From NCBI GenBank assembly GCA_040880145.1, contig JBBDIZ010000015.1:1-32868 (forward strand): a stretch of 32,868 nucleotides of DNA. The letters run 5' to 3'. A program made the translations under genes and the position numbers. Under the pieces are notes generated by a model. The model was given only the letters and a program-made list of their open reading frames with translations. It was not told where the DNA came from and ran no database searches. Source of the DNA: Simkaniaceae bacterium. Lineage in GTDB: Bacteria; Chlamydiota; Chlamydiia; Chlamydiales; JAJFMI01. This document shows positions 18,238 to 27,582 of this stretch, piece by piece; the stretch's first letter is position 1, and each line of letters starts with the position of its first letter.

Positions 18238-18453
18238 GAGAATATATTCCTTACGGTATGTTTTTTAATTATTGCAATAAAAAACATGTTAGCCGGGTCA
18301 ATCTTTAAAATCGATCTCATTGGCTTCATATTCAGACTTTGGTAAGAAGCTATACCGAAACAACTTCAAGAAGTGGGTTTTTGCGCTAGCGCCAAAGCAC
18401 TACAATTCGTCGATCATAATGGCTTGAATCGTTTTTCAGGATTCATCTTAAAA

Positions 18454-19107
18454 TTATTCAATAAGAACCCAAAAGTTCCCATAAGAGGCATATTTCAAAT
18501 TGTGCTGACGTGCAAAATGAATCACAGCTCTTCTAACCGGTACATCCTTACCCCAATCCCAGTCATCACCGCACATTACACCATGTCCCTGAATAAGAGG
18601 AAACCAAGCTTCTAAATCCTTTAAAACTGAATCAAAATCATGAGAAGCATCGACATAAACCATGTTTGGGCGCAGAGATATTGCATGAACTGCTTCTAAA
18701 GTAGACATTTTCAAAGGAATAACTTTATCACACAAACCCGCGTGGATAATATTCGATAAAAATTGTTCATAAAGAGTGGGCAGCTTGTGATATACCTTCT
18801 TTTTAGAGGGATTTTGGTGCTCCTTACTGCCAAGCCAATGATCTACCGCGTATACAATCCCGTCTTGCGGAAGCAGTTTTGCAATAAAACGAGTAGAAAG
18901 CCCCAGAAAAGATCCTAATTCAACTACTGTATGTACGTTATGTTTTTTGATCAACTTAGCAATATTTTCTTTATTACTCTTTCCAAACCAACCAAATCCA
19001 TCAAACGGTAACACATGATCTAGTGATGTATATTCTTCTGATCGTTCATGTGAAAAGCATGTGCTTGTTGCGAGACATGTAAAAAGTACTAATAATGATT
19101 TCATCAT
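18454..19107 (-). CDS. Class I SAM-dependent methyltransferase (Methyltransf_24-like) with signal-like N-terminus
   Basis: VELGSFLGLST, YAVDHW, YVDASHDF..V..D...W, GDDW. Confidence 0.85.
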   Translation of the reverse strand: MMKSLLVLFTCLATSTCFSHERSEEYTSLDHVLPFDGFGWFGKSNKENIAKLIKKHNVHTVVELGSFLGLSTRFIAKLLPQDGIVYAVDHWLGSKEHQNPSKKKVYHKLPTLYEQFLSNIIHAGLCDKVIPLKMSTLEAVHAISLRPNMVYVDASHDFDSVLKDLEAWFPLIQGHGVMCGDDWDWGKDVPVRRAVIHFARQHNLKYASYGNFWVLIE

Positions 19108-19125
19108 AACCTCAAAAAATAATGA

Positions 19126-19431
19126 TTATTTATTTTTGTTTAAACATTTCCCTGATGCCCAATGATTGAAGACTTCAGCAGGATGTTTCAAAAACATATC
19201 CTTCGTCAAATATTTTTAACTAAATTCTCTTGTATTCTCTGCAATTTTTTTTGCTTTATCATCGCGGGCAGTCATAAAACCACTGGTAATTAGATGGTCC
19301 GGTTTAAAAGTATAGCTGCCGGAATTGAGCCTCCAAGCATAACCTGGATTGGTGCACGTTAATCCATCAAAACAAATTTGATATTTAAAATTCAAATGTT
19401 CTTTGATGAATACGATATTTTCTGAAACTGC
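19126..19431 (-). pseudogene. Decayed glycosyltransferase family 90 (CAP10-like) C-terminal fragment
   Basis: Manual translation EHLNFKYQICFDGLTCTNPGYAWRLNSGS..FK; YQWFYD in a shifted frame (19288-19271); then DDKAKKIAENTREFS*KYLT with an in-frame TAA at 19218-19216; absent from the ORF track. Confidence 0.75.
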
Positions 19432-19472
19432 TCAACGTGGGCTTTAAGCACTTCATTTTTATCATTTAAGAT

Positions 19473-20693
19473 TTAATCGACTATAATAGGAGTGTCAGGC
19501 AGGCTCGGGGCTTTTTCTAACTTAGTATCTGCTAGGGCGGTCACGCAGCTATCGGACCAGACGTTGAGGGCTGTTTCAACCATGTCAAAAAGCGAGTAGA
19601 GGGGAAGGATGAGCCCCATGACTTTGAGGGGGACCCCCATTCCAGAGAGAAAGGCGGAGGTTAGGAAAAAGCATCCCATCGGAACTCCTGCGTTCCCAAT
19701 GGCGGCAAGACTTGCTAAAAAAATCCATGGGATCATTTGAGCAAGGGTCAGTTCGATGCCGGATTGGCCCATGGCGAATAGGGTTGTAATTAAGATAAAA
19801 GCGGCGCAGCCGTTCATATTAATGACTGAGCACATGGGAAAGCTAAAACCGGCTGTTTTGGACGAGATCCCCGCTTTTTCTGCAGATTTTAGAGAAATGG
19901 GTAGCGCAGCGCTTGAGCTTTTTGTGAAAAAGGCGGTTGAAAGGGCGGGTAGCATGGCTCTAAAAAGGGGAAGAGGGCGTAGGCCCTTTGACTTGAGGAT
20001 GGCAGGGAGAATGATGAGCCCCTGGATTAAGTTTGCTGCAATGACGCAGAATGAGTAGAGGAGTAATGAGCGCATTTCGCTTTGCTGCGTTTTCATGCTA
20101 ACTATGAATTGATAAGTAAAGCCAAAGATAGCAAGCGGTAGGAGTCGGATGACATAGGATGCAATGCGAAGTAGAGCTTCAAATAACTCTTTCACAACTT
20201 TTGCGACGGTTTGGCAGCCTTGCTTCGGAGCTGTTTTGATCGCAACACTTAAAATAAGGGCGATAAAAACAACGCCTAATACATTGTTTTCTAGAAAGGG
20301 CTGGATAGGATTTTCCGGAATGATGGTCTTTAGATAGGAAAAGGTAAACGCGATAGAGGAGGGGGGCGCGTCGATATTTTTTACGCTGGGGGCTTGAGGA
20401 TGGATGAGTACAAAAAGAATAAGGCCAACGGTTGCTGCAATGAGCGTTGTCAAAAGGGTGTAGAAAAATATTTTTTTAAACAGGCGTTTAAGTTCGTGTA
20501 GATTTTCTAAATTGAGAAGGGTTGAGCTAATCGATAGGAAAATCAAAGGTAAACTTAAAAGTTTAAGTATCCTAATAAAATTTTCACTTAAAAAATCTGC
20601 AAGTCCGGCGCTGCCTGGAATGTTGAAAAAAGCGCATGTTGCTCCTAATAAAAGGGCGCAAAAAGTTAGAATTCCATTTTTAAATCGTCTCAT
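19473..20693 (-). CDS. Dicarboxylate/amino acid:cation symporter (DAACS)
   Basis: IIPENP, AFFTKSSSAALP, INMNG, GNAGVPMG, DMVETALNVWSD. Confidence 0.92.
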   Translation of the reverse strand: MRRFKNGILTFCALLLGATCAFFNIPGSAGLADFLSENFIRILKLLSLPLIFLSISSTLLNLENLHELKRLFKKIFFYTLLTTLIAATVGLILFVLIHPQAPSVKNIDAPPSSIAFTFSYLKTIIPENPIQPFLENNVLGVVFIALILSVAIKTAPKQGCQTVAKVVKELFEALLRIASYVIRLLPLAIFGFTYQFIVSMKTQQSEMRSLLLYSFCVIAANLIQGLIILPAILKSKGLRPLPLFRAMLPALSTAFFTKSSSAALPISLKSAEKAGISSKTAGFSFPMCSVINMNGCAAFILITTLFAMGQSGIELTLAQMIPWIFLASLAAIGNAGVPMGCFFLTSAFLSGMGVPLKVMGLILPLYSLFDMVETALNVWSDSCVTALADTKLEKAPSLPDTPIIVD

Positions 20694-20746
20694 AGCGAGA
20701 GATTATATCAAAATTATTCAAATAAAGCGAGTTTCGGTGTATGAAA

Positions 20747-21277
20747 CTATTCGATTGATTTTGACTTTTGTCTTGAAGAGCGGATGACTTGGAAAAGCTC
20801 GATGAATGCAAGGAGTCCAAGCAAAATGAAGAGCGAAAAAAGAAGGGAGGGAAGGTTGACGTTGAGTGTTAAGGCGATAAGGACAAAAAATTGAAGCGCT
20901 GTGATGACTTTCCCCCAGAGGATCGCCCGGCAGCGATAATCTTTCCACTGATTGGTCAGTCTCAAATAGAGGCCGAAGAGGCAGAGAAAAAAATCTCGAG
21001 AGATCATGGCCAAGGCTTGCCAGAGCACCAACTTTCCGTCGACAAGGTAGATCGATAGAGCGATTAAAACAAAAAGTTTATCCATTAGAGGGTCGAGGAC
21101 GGCTCCAACTCGTGTTGTTGCCCGAAATCGGCGCGCTAAAAATCCATCTAATGCATCCGTTAGCATAGCCAGAAATAGGGAAAGAATGCGGATTTTAACA
21201 TTTTGGACAAATAAAAGGAGCGCTAGTGGACCTCTTAGAAGTGACAGTCCATTTGAGAGTGTAAGAACTTGATTCAT
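20747..21277 (-). CDS. pgsA: CDP-alcohol phosphatidyltransferase (PgsA-like)
   Basis: TDALDGFLARR...GAVLDPLMDK signature; GKVITALQ. Confidence 0.85.
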   Translation of the reverse strand: MNQVLTLSNGLSLLRGPLALLLFVQNVKIRILSLFLAMLTDALDGFLARRFRATTRVGAVLDPLMDKLFVLIALSIYLVDGKLVLWQALAMISRDFFLCLFGLYLRLTNQWKDYRCRAILWGKVITALQFFVLIALTLNVNLPSLLFSLFILLGLLAFIELFQVIRSSRQKSKSIE

Positions 21278-21888
21278 TCGTCTCGTTGTTTTTTTTTCTT
21301 TTTATACCAGAGGATTCCAATTCCAGCTACTGAGAAGAGAGAGAAGATGAGAATGTTGAATCTCTTCACAAGCCCCCCAACCTGATCTAAGTTTAACCCA
21401 ATTGAATAAAAAAGGGGGAACAAAAGAGTGGCCCAAAGAAAGCAGGCCAAAGCATCTCGAAGAGCAAACCTTTTAAAAGAGTAGCGGCTCATTCCAGAGG
21501 ACATGAAGATGCAGTTTCGGACACCAAAGGGAATGAATCGTCCTACAATGGAGGTCCAAACACCGTAGCGATTATAGAAATGGCTAAGGCGATTTTTATT
21601 TTCTTCTGAAAGGGGTTTTTTGAAAAGAGGGACGGAAGAGAGTTTATCTCCTAGCAAGCGGCCAATCCAATAGGCGATCCAAGCGCTGAAAATACATCCA
21701 AAAAGAAGTGAAAAATAAAGGGGTAGTGCTAAATGGGGGACGGTGGTTGCAGCTAAAAGGGCACTGAAAGCAAGCAAAATGTCGATGCTAATCGGAATAT
21801 TAAGTCCTGCCAATAGAGCAGAGAGGAATACGACCCACGGGGCATGTTTTGCGTGATCGGTGACATACTGAATCAGCCCTTCTATCAT
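21274..21888 (-). CDS. dedA: DedA family membrane protein
   Basis: YWIGR, F..YG, GRFIPFGVRN, GMSRYS...F...D. Confidence 0.88.
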   Translation of the reverse strand: MIEGLIQYVTDHAKHAPWVVFLSALLAGLNIPISIDILLAFSALLAATTVPHLALPLYFSLLFGCIFSAWIAYWIGRLLGDKLSSVPLFKKPLSEENKNRLSHFYNRYGVWTSIVGRFIPFGVRNCIFMSSGMSRYSFKRFALRDALACFLWATLLFPLFYSIGLNLDQVGGLVKRFNILIFSLFSVAGIGILWYKKKKKQRDE

Positions 21889-21891
21889 TGG

Positions 21892-23457
21892 TTACCCCAT
21901 AACTTCCTGTTTTTGAGGCTCGCTTGAAAATGCAGGAGTGCGGCTTGTTGCGCCTTCTGCTGTGAGCTCAGTAAACTGCTGTCCTAGATTTTTTGCAGCT
22001 GCAATCCAGATGCCAATCACGATCAAGAGAAGTCCGGCAACATAAGGGGTGCTCAGTGAAATACTTCCAAAAATCATCAAAAAACATTGATGGATAATCG
22101 ATCCTCCGGACTTTCCGATTCTTGAGCCCACGCCATCGATGGCTGCTTTTCCCTTAAGCTTTGATTCAGGGCTGAGCGGGATAAAAGCCATCTCTTTAGT
22201 GGCATCGAGCAAGGTGTATTTACATGTCCTTGCCATGCAGTTTTGGATGCCTCCAAAAAGGACGCCGAGCGCAAGGGGCGTCGTGCCAAGGGCGATCGCA
22301 ATCCCGCCGAGGCCCGCATTTTTAAAAAGGAGCACAGAGAAGAATACGATTCCCGTTACTAGCATTGTGAAGGGAGCGACAAGGGCTCCAAATGTCCAGC
22401 CGAAACGCCGAATTAAATTCCCGCATAGAAAAATGGAAACAAAAGTGGAGAGTGCTCCCATGAGCATCATAATCTTGCCCATATAGGCAGCAAAATCATT
22501 GGGATTGGGAATCAGTTCTTTGACTTGATCCTTCCAGACAACCTCAATCATGTTGATTGAGATGTTGTATGTGAGAACGATGACTGCAATGAAAATCAGG
22601 TATTTTGATTTTGAAAGATACGCGATATTATTGCGGAAGCTCATCTTTATCTTAGGGCCTTTTTTTGCAGCAACGCTTAAATCATGACTTTCTTCATGAT
22701 CGATAACGTTACGGTTGAGCCAGTAAAATAGAGCCATGATGGCAAGGCCTACGATGGTAACGATGCTTGTGATAAGTAAGATGCATTTACCCCATGGGTC
22801 TGTTCCAAAGGGGACCCATTTATAAATCAATTCATTGGAGAGTAAAACAGAAATTTGACCTGAGATGATGCTGGCGATATTGGCTCCAAGCAGCAAGATT
22901 CCATAAAAACGCTTTGCCTTGTTGACGCTTGTTACCTCATTTGTAAATCCCCAAAATAGAACACTCATAATCATGGTGCTCCAAAGCTCACTCATGACGT
23001 AAAAGAGGGTAAAGGTCCAGTTGCGAAAAATGCCGATGAGTCCTCGGAATCCGTCGGGGGCAATCCCTTGTAGATGTGTGGCTAAATTATTAGGGTGGAG
23101 CACATCGCGGCAAGGATAGAGAATAAGTGCAAAGAGCGTATAAAAGCCGATAAAGAGAGAGATCATGATGTAAAAAACTTTTTCACGCCCATAGCGATTG
23201 ACAAGCCGGGTGAATAAAATTGTAAAGAGTATGGCCATAGGGACAATCGCCCACACCTTAATAAAGGGGATGGCCTCGGCACCCGAGTGCGGCGCGGTGA
23301 TGACAAGGGCATCTTTTGCCGCCCTTAGAAGGCTGTAGTTAATACAGATCAAAAAATAGATGAGAAACATCGGTAAGAATTTTTTTAATTCATTGCGATG
23401 AATCGGCCAAAGGAGTGTTCGGACTTTTCCGAATCGGGGTTCCGATTCTGAGGTCAT
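21892..23457 (-). CDS. Npt1/Npt2 (NTT/TLC) family nucleotide transporter, Npt2-like
   Basis: WPIH..ELKKF.PM, KDALV, SGAEAIPFIKVW, SELW, FWGF.NE...AKRFY, KEMAFIPL, KGKAAIDGVGSRIGKSGG. Confidence 0.95.
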   Translation of the reverse strand: MTSESEPRFGKVRTLLWPIHRNELKKFLPMFLIYFLICINYSLLRAAKDALVITAPHSGAEAIPFIKVWAIVPMAILFTILFTRLVNRYGREKVFYIMISLFIGFYTLFALILYPCRDVLHPNNLATHLQGIAPDGFRGLIGIFRNWTFTLFYVMSELWSTMIMSVLFWGFTNEVTSVNKAKRFYGILLLGANIASIISGQISVLLSNELIYKWVPFGTDPWGKCILLITSIVTIVGLAIMALFYWLNRNVIDHEESHDLSVAAKKGPKIKMSFRNNIAYLSKSKYLIFIAVIVLTYNISINMIEVVWKDQVKELIPNPNDFAAYMGKIMMLMGALSTFVSIFLCGNLIRRFGWTFGALVAPFTMLVTGIVFFSVLLFKNAGLGGIAIALGTTPLALGVLFGGIQNCMARTCKYTLLDATKEMAFIPLSPESKLKGKAAIDGVGSRIGKSGGSIIHQCFLMIFGSISLSTPYVAGLLLIVIGIWIAAAKNLGQQFTELTAEGATSRTPAFSSEPQKQEVMG

Positions 23458-23685
23458 AAAATGCCTTTGTTAAAAATTTTGTTATTCTTACGGCCCTACA
23501 GGGCTTTTGAGGAGCGGATCCTCGATTTGAAAGGAAGGGGGGGGAGAAAATAGTGCTTCTTAGAAACACGGCTTTAGGCTCATTTTGTTCGCCAAAATCT
23601 ATTTAAACACGTAAATATTTAAGATTTATCTGGATGAAAAATCGATCATTCTTCCCAGATCTGAATAACTTCTCGTGTCCTCTTA

Positions 23686-23713
23686 ATTATACTGGAATTT
23701 CATTAATGTGCAA
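23686..23713 (-). promoter_or_regulatory. Putative sigma66 promoter of the NTT-dedA-pgsA unit
   Basis: Minus strand TTGCAC-16 nt-TATAAT; second TTGCAC at 23720-23715. Confidence 0.6.
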
Positions 23714-23778
23714 GGTGCAATTTTTCATAAATTGTAAAGAAAAGATTAATTTTATCCTGAGAAAAATATTTTTTTAAT

Positions 23779-24975
23779 CTATCGGTTTGAAAGGTGGTCA
23801 ATTCCCGGCAAGTGGCCCTTTTCGATGAATTCTAAAGAGGCGCCGCCGCCGGTTGAAAGATGAGTAAACATATCTTGAATTCCGAGTTGATGAATCGCTG
23901 ATAAGCTGTCACCGCCCCCAATTATGGTGTTCCCTTCAACATGGGATAAAAGTTTTGCTAATTCAAAAGTTCCTTTTGAAAAAGAGGGAATTTCAAAAAT
24001 GCCCATCGGGCCATTCCAAAAGAGTGTTTTGGATTGTTGCAGAAGAGGCTCCCAATCGCTTAGCGTCTTTGGACCAATATCGACTCCAAAAAAATTATCA
24101 GGAATAGTTTCGCTTCCGGATATCACTTTTAATTCAGCGCTTTCACTGATTTCATTAGCAATTAAAAGATCCGAGGGAAAGTGCAGCCGAATATTTAAGT
24201 TTTCGCATGTTTTGATGAAATCTGCAGCGACACTCAAACTTCCTTCATCAAAAAGAGAGCGGCCAATCTTTTGGCCTTTAGCTTTTAAAAAAGTGAAAAG
24301 CAGTCCGCCGCCGATAAATATTTCATCTACCTTTTGGATTAATTCTTTAAGAAGGCCAATCTTTGTTGAAATTTTAGCGCCACCGAAAATAGCAGAGAAA
24401 GGGCGAGGAGGATCGTTGATAAGGGGGGAAAGATTTTCTATTTCTCTTTTTAGTAAAAAGCCCATAGCGGAAGCTTTTGGGAAGTAGCGCGTGATACTTG
24501 TAATTGAACTGTGTTCTCTATGACAGGCTCCAAAGGCATCGTTAATAAAAATATCACCAAATCTTGAAAGTTGCTCAGCAAAAGAGGGGTCATTGCCGGG
24601 TTTTTCTTCAGCGCGATGAAAACGAAGATTCTCAAGGAGTAGAACCTGGCCGGGCCTTAGTTTTTCAGCAAGGTCTAGAACATCCTGGCCAATTGAGTCG
24701 GGGGCTAAAGCCACCTCTTGACCGAGTAACTTTGAAAGAGCTTTTGCAACAGGTGAGAGAGAATATTTCTCCTGCTGTCGGCCTTTTGGACGACCTAAGT
24801 GACTCATTAAAACTAAAGAAGCGCCTTGAGAGAGGATGTAATTGATAGAGGGAAGCGTAAGGCGGATGCGCGTGTCATCTGTAATCTCTTGTTTATTATT
24901 TAAAGGGACGTTGAAATCAACGCGCATCAGAACTTTTTTATTTTTTAAATTTAGATCTGTGAGTTTTAATTTCAA
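23779..24975 (-). CDS. pgk: Phosphoglycerate kinase
   Basis: RVDFNVP, SHLGRP, LLENLRF, FWNGPMG, GGGDS, STGGGASL. Confidence 0.99.
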   Translation of the reverse strand: MKLKLTDLNLKNKKVLMRVDFNVPLNNKQEITDDTRIRLTLPSINYILSQGASLVLMSHLGRPKGRQQEKYSLSPVAKALSKLLGQEVALAPDSIGQDVLDLAEKLRPGQVLLLENLRFHRAEEKPGNDPSFAEQLSRFGDIFINDAFGACHREHSSITSITRYFPKASAMGFLLKREIENLSPLINDPPRPFSAIFGGAKISTKIGLLKELIQKVDEIFIGGGLLFTFLKAKGQKIGRSLFDEGSLSVAADFIKTCENLNIRLHFPSDLLIANEISESAELKVISGSETIPDNFFGVDIGPKTLSDWEPLLQQSKTLFWNGPMGIFEIPSFSKGTFELAKLLSHVEGNTIIGGGDSLSAIHQLGIQDMFTHLSTGGGASLEFIEKGHLPGIDHLSNR

Positions 24976-25721
24976 AGATTAGAAAAGGGGTTAGAGGCTT
25001 GATTGAAAAGATGGCCTGATTTTCTTCGTTTAAGTTCATTTTTTATTGAAAACATTAAATCCTGATCAAAGGCTTGGTGGGAAGCCCACCTTAAATATTC
25101 TACAGGAATGTCTCGAAACACCCTTCCCTTATGTTTGCCAAGAGGCATGTTTTTAAGCAAGATTGGTTTTTTAAGTCTTTCGTGAACCTCTTTAGTCTTT
25201 TTAAAAGAGCGGGTCAATTGTTTAAAGACTTCAATATTGACTATGACATCATTCATAGCTCGATGAGCCCCCTCTGCAGGGATGTTGAAGTGGCTTCTCA
25301 AAGCTTCCAAGGAATTCGTCGGGCTTTCTCCATAGAGTCTAGCAAGGCGGAGGGTGTCGAAGCGGTTCAGGCTTTCTATATTGCAGGGGACTTGGCAGCG
25401 CTTTGCAGAAGAGGATAGGATCGTAATGTCATAATTGATGCCATGCCCTATGATAATATGATTGTCGATGATCTTAAGAATTGAGGGTAGAACCTCTTCA
25501 ATTTTAGGTTTTCCCTGAACCATATGGTCTTCAATATGGTGAATTTTTGTCGATTCTTCCGGGATGGCGGTCTCGGGATTGATAAGCGTTTCAAACTGTT
25601 CGGTGATGCCGTCGAAATTGAATTTTGCAACAGCAACTTCGATGATTCGATCTTCTTTCGGGTCTAAACCGGTGGCTTCGATATCAAGGCAAATAAAAGT
25701 ATCTTTATTGAGAAAGGTCAT
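24972..25721 (-). CDS. dnaQ: DEDDh exonuclease (DnaQ/epsilon-like) with a C-terminal MPxGKHKG domain
   Basis: DIEATG, GHGINYD, DTL, HRAMND; C-terminal MPLGKHKG...IPVEYLRW. Confidence 0.85.
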   Translation of the reverse strand: MTFLNKDTFICLDIEATGLDPKEDRIIEVAVAKFNFDGITEQFETLINPETAIPEESTKIHHIEDHMVQGKPKIEEVLPSILKIIDNHIIIGHGINYDITILSSSAKRCQVPCNIESLNRFDTLRLARLYGESPTNSLEALRSHFNIPAEGAHRAMNDVIVNIEVFKQLTRSFKKTKEVHERLKKPILLKNMPLGKHKGRVFRDIPVEYLRWASHQAFDQDLMFSIKNELKRRKSGHLFNQASNPFSNL

Positions 25722-26283
25722 GGATTTTATTGAGTAATTCTTTTCGGCAGCGTCCTGTTTTGATCGAGTATAGACACCACGGGATCTCTTTTAAAGGATA
25801 AACCTCTTTTAAAGCAGATAAATTTTTTTCTACCTGGTCTTTCTGTTCTTTCGGTTTTAGTTTATCGCTTTTGGTAAAGACAAAGAGAATTTTTTTATCA
25901 TAATGCCGCGCCCAATCAATCATCTGGAGATCATCAAAAGAGGGCATTCGACGTAAATCGAGCAAAATAAGAAGGAGTTTTGGGCGGCTCTCTAAATAGA
26001 AATGAATGATTTTCGACCATTTTTCCTTTAGCGAGCGAGCTACTTTCGCAAATCCATAGCCTGGAAGGTCGACAAAAGTGAATTCTTCTGTCAAAAAAAA
26101 GTGAATGCCTTTTGTCTTTCCCGGTTTATTAGAAATTTTAGCAAGATTTCGGTTCATTAAGTGGTTGAAAAGAGAAGATTTTCCGACATTGGATCTTCCA
26201 ATGAAGGCGATTTCATTATCATAAGAGGGAATTTTTTCAAGCTCATCCTGAATCAGTGTGACAAAAGAATTAAGCAGTTCCAT
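25705..26283 (-). CDS. engB: Ribosome biogenesis GTPase EngB (YihA/YsxC)
   Basis: GRSNVGKSS, PGKT, DLPGYG, TKSDK; start ATG 26283 (track start 26319). Confidence 0.93.
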   Translation of the reverse strand: MELLNSFVTLIQDELEKIPSYDNEIAFIGRSNVGKSSLFNHLMNRNLAKISNKPGKTKGIHFFLTEEFTFVDLPGYGFAKVARSLKEKWSKIIHFYLESRPKLLLILLDLRRMPSFDDLQMIDWARHYDKKILFVFTKSDKLKPKEQKDQVEKNLSALKEVYPLKEIPWCLYSIKTGRCRKELLNKIHDLSQ

Positions 26284-26668
26284 ATTGAACCTCAACTCTT
26301 CGGGTATTCCCCTCTTCATGAAAGAGGTGGATGTGATGGGTCTTTTTCGGGAGGAGAGTGTCTATGCGCTCTGGCCACTCCATGCAGCAAATCCCATCAC
26401 TTTCAAAATATTCATCAAAACCCATTGCTAAAAAATCGCCGGGCCCCTTTAGACGATAAAGATCAAAGTGATAAATCGGAGGCATTGCTTCATAAATATT
26501 GAGGTAGACGAAAGTGGGGCTTGTAACCGGATTGTCAGACAATCCCTGAACAAAAGAGGTCTTTCCAGCGCCAAGCTCTCCATGTAAAGCGAGGATGTCA
26601 CCCGGCTTTAATCGGCTAAGAAAGGAGCGTGCAAATGCGTGCGTGTCATCTAAGGATTTTAAGATCAT
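26270..26668 (-). CDS. tsaE: tRNA threonylcarbamoyladenosine biosynthesis ATPase TsaE
   Basis: GELGAGKT, SPTF, HFDLYR, EWPE. Confidence 0.95.
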   Translation of the reverse strand: MILKSLDDTHAFARSFLSRLKPGDILALHGELGAGKTSFVQGLSDNPVTSPTFVYLNIYEAMPPIYHFDLYRLKGPGDFLAMGFDEYFESDGICCMEWPERIDTLLPKKTHHIHLFHEEGNTRRVEVQYGTA

Positions 26669-27384
26669 GCATTTTCATCTTCGAGCCAATCACTGACGAA
26701 AGGCTTAAACTCTTTGTACTCACTTAAATCTTCTACAAATTTCGAGATTTCGCTTTCATCGAGATGCTTCTGAATAAAGTTCATGAATTCTTCTTCGATT
26801 TTATAGCGATTTTGAGAGGGAACTTCGATTAATGAGAGAGGCTTGAGTTGATTTTTCTTGAAGTCATCCATAACCGCTTTTTTCGTATTGAAAAGTTTTC
26901 CGGTAATGGCTGAAGAGTAGACGACCTTTTTGATCGGCTCCTTTTCCTTTTGGATGTAATTTTTCATCACTTCCGGATCTTCAGAAATAAAGAAGCGTTT
27001 AATCTTTACACCGCCATCGTTTTCATTATTTTCAGAGCAATTCGAAACCCATTCATAAATTGCATCTTGTGGATTGGGATGAGTGTTGTCGCCGAAGACT
27101 TTTCCCGTAAAAGGACAAATATAAATGCGCTTTGTTGCCGCATTGACAGAAGGCTGGCCAAACTGAATCTTAATTTCCGTCTCGCGCCAGATTTTGCCCT
27201 CTTTTTCGAGTTTATCAATTAACTCCAGCTCGCTTTGATAGATCTTTTTTTCGCGACCAAATAAGACAGGATGAATGTTAAATTTTCTCTCTAAATAAAA
27301 GAAATAAGTCGTAAGAAGATCGGCTTTTTTATTTTTCTTGAGAAATGATTCAAGTTTTTCTTTTAATCCACTGGAGATAGACAT
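26665..27384 (-). CDS. Conserved Chlamydiota protein (CT538/DUF2709-like)
   Basis: YICPFTGKVFGDNTHPNPQDAIYEWVS motif; position upstream of tsaE as in Chlamydia; start ATG 27384. Confidence 0.75.
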   Translation of the reverse strand: MSISSGLKEKLESFLKKNKKADLLTTYFFYLERKFNIHPVLFGREKKIYQSELELIDKLEKEGKIWRETEIKIQFGQPSVNAATKRIYICPFTGKVFGDNTHPNPQDAIYEWVSNCSENNENDGGVKIKRFFISEDPEVMKNYIQKEKEPIKKVVYSSAITGKLFNTKKAVMDDFKKNQLKPLSLIEVPSQNRYKIEEEFMNFIQKHLDESEISKFVEDLSEYKEFKPFVSDWLEDENA

Positions 27385-27582
27385 AATTGACACCGCATTA
27401 AGATTAGACGATGAGCATAGTCCAATAAATCTTTATTTTCAAGCCTCTTTTTCTCAAAATGAATGCTTTATTAAAATTAATGTTTACATCTCTTCGCGAT
27501 AAGGAGAGTTTGAGTGTTGATCTCGAACTCAAATCATGCTATCATCAAAGCCAATTTTAGTTTAATTCTAAGAAGAGGCCCT

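Noticed and set aside
15003..19470. Intact prophage or integrative element with attL/attR at tRNA-Leu
   Set aside because: No integrase or structural genes, and no duplicate of the tRNA 3' end found by eye
23924..24487. 187-aa antisense ORF in pgk and the other short antisense or alternate-frame ORFs in the track
   Set aside because: They lie within well-conserved genes and carry no recognisable motifs; shadow ORFs
27490..27535. Short inverted repeats upstream of ldh (TTTGAGT...ACTCAAA)
   Set aside because: Only 7-bp arms, single occurrence; indistinguishable from chance without comparative data
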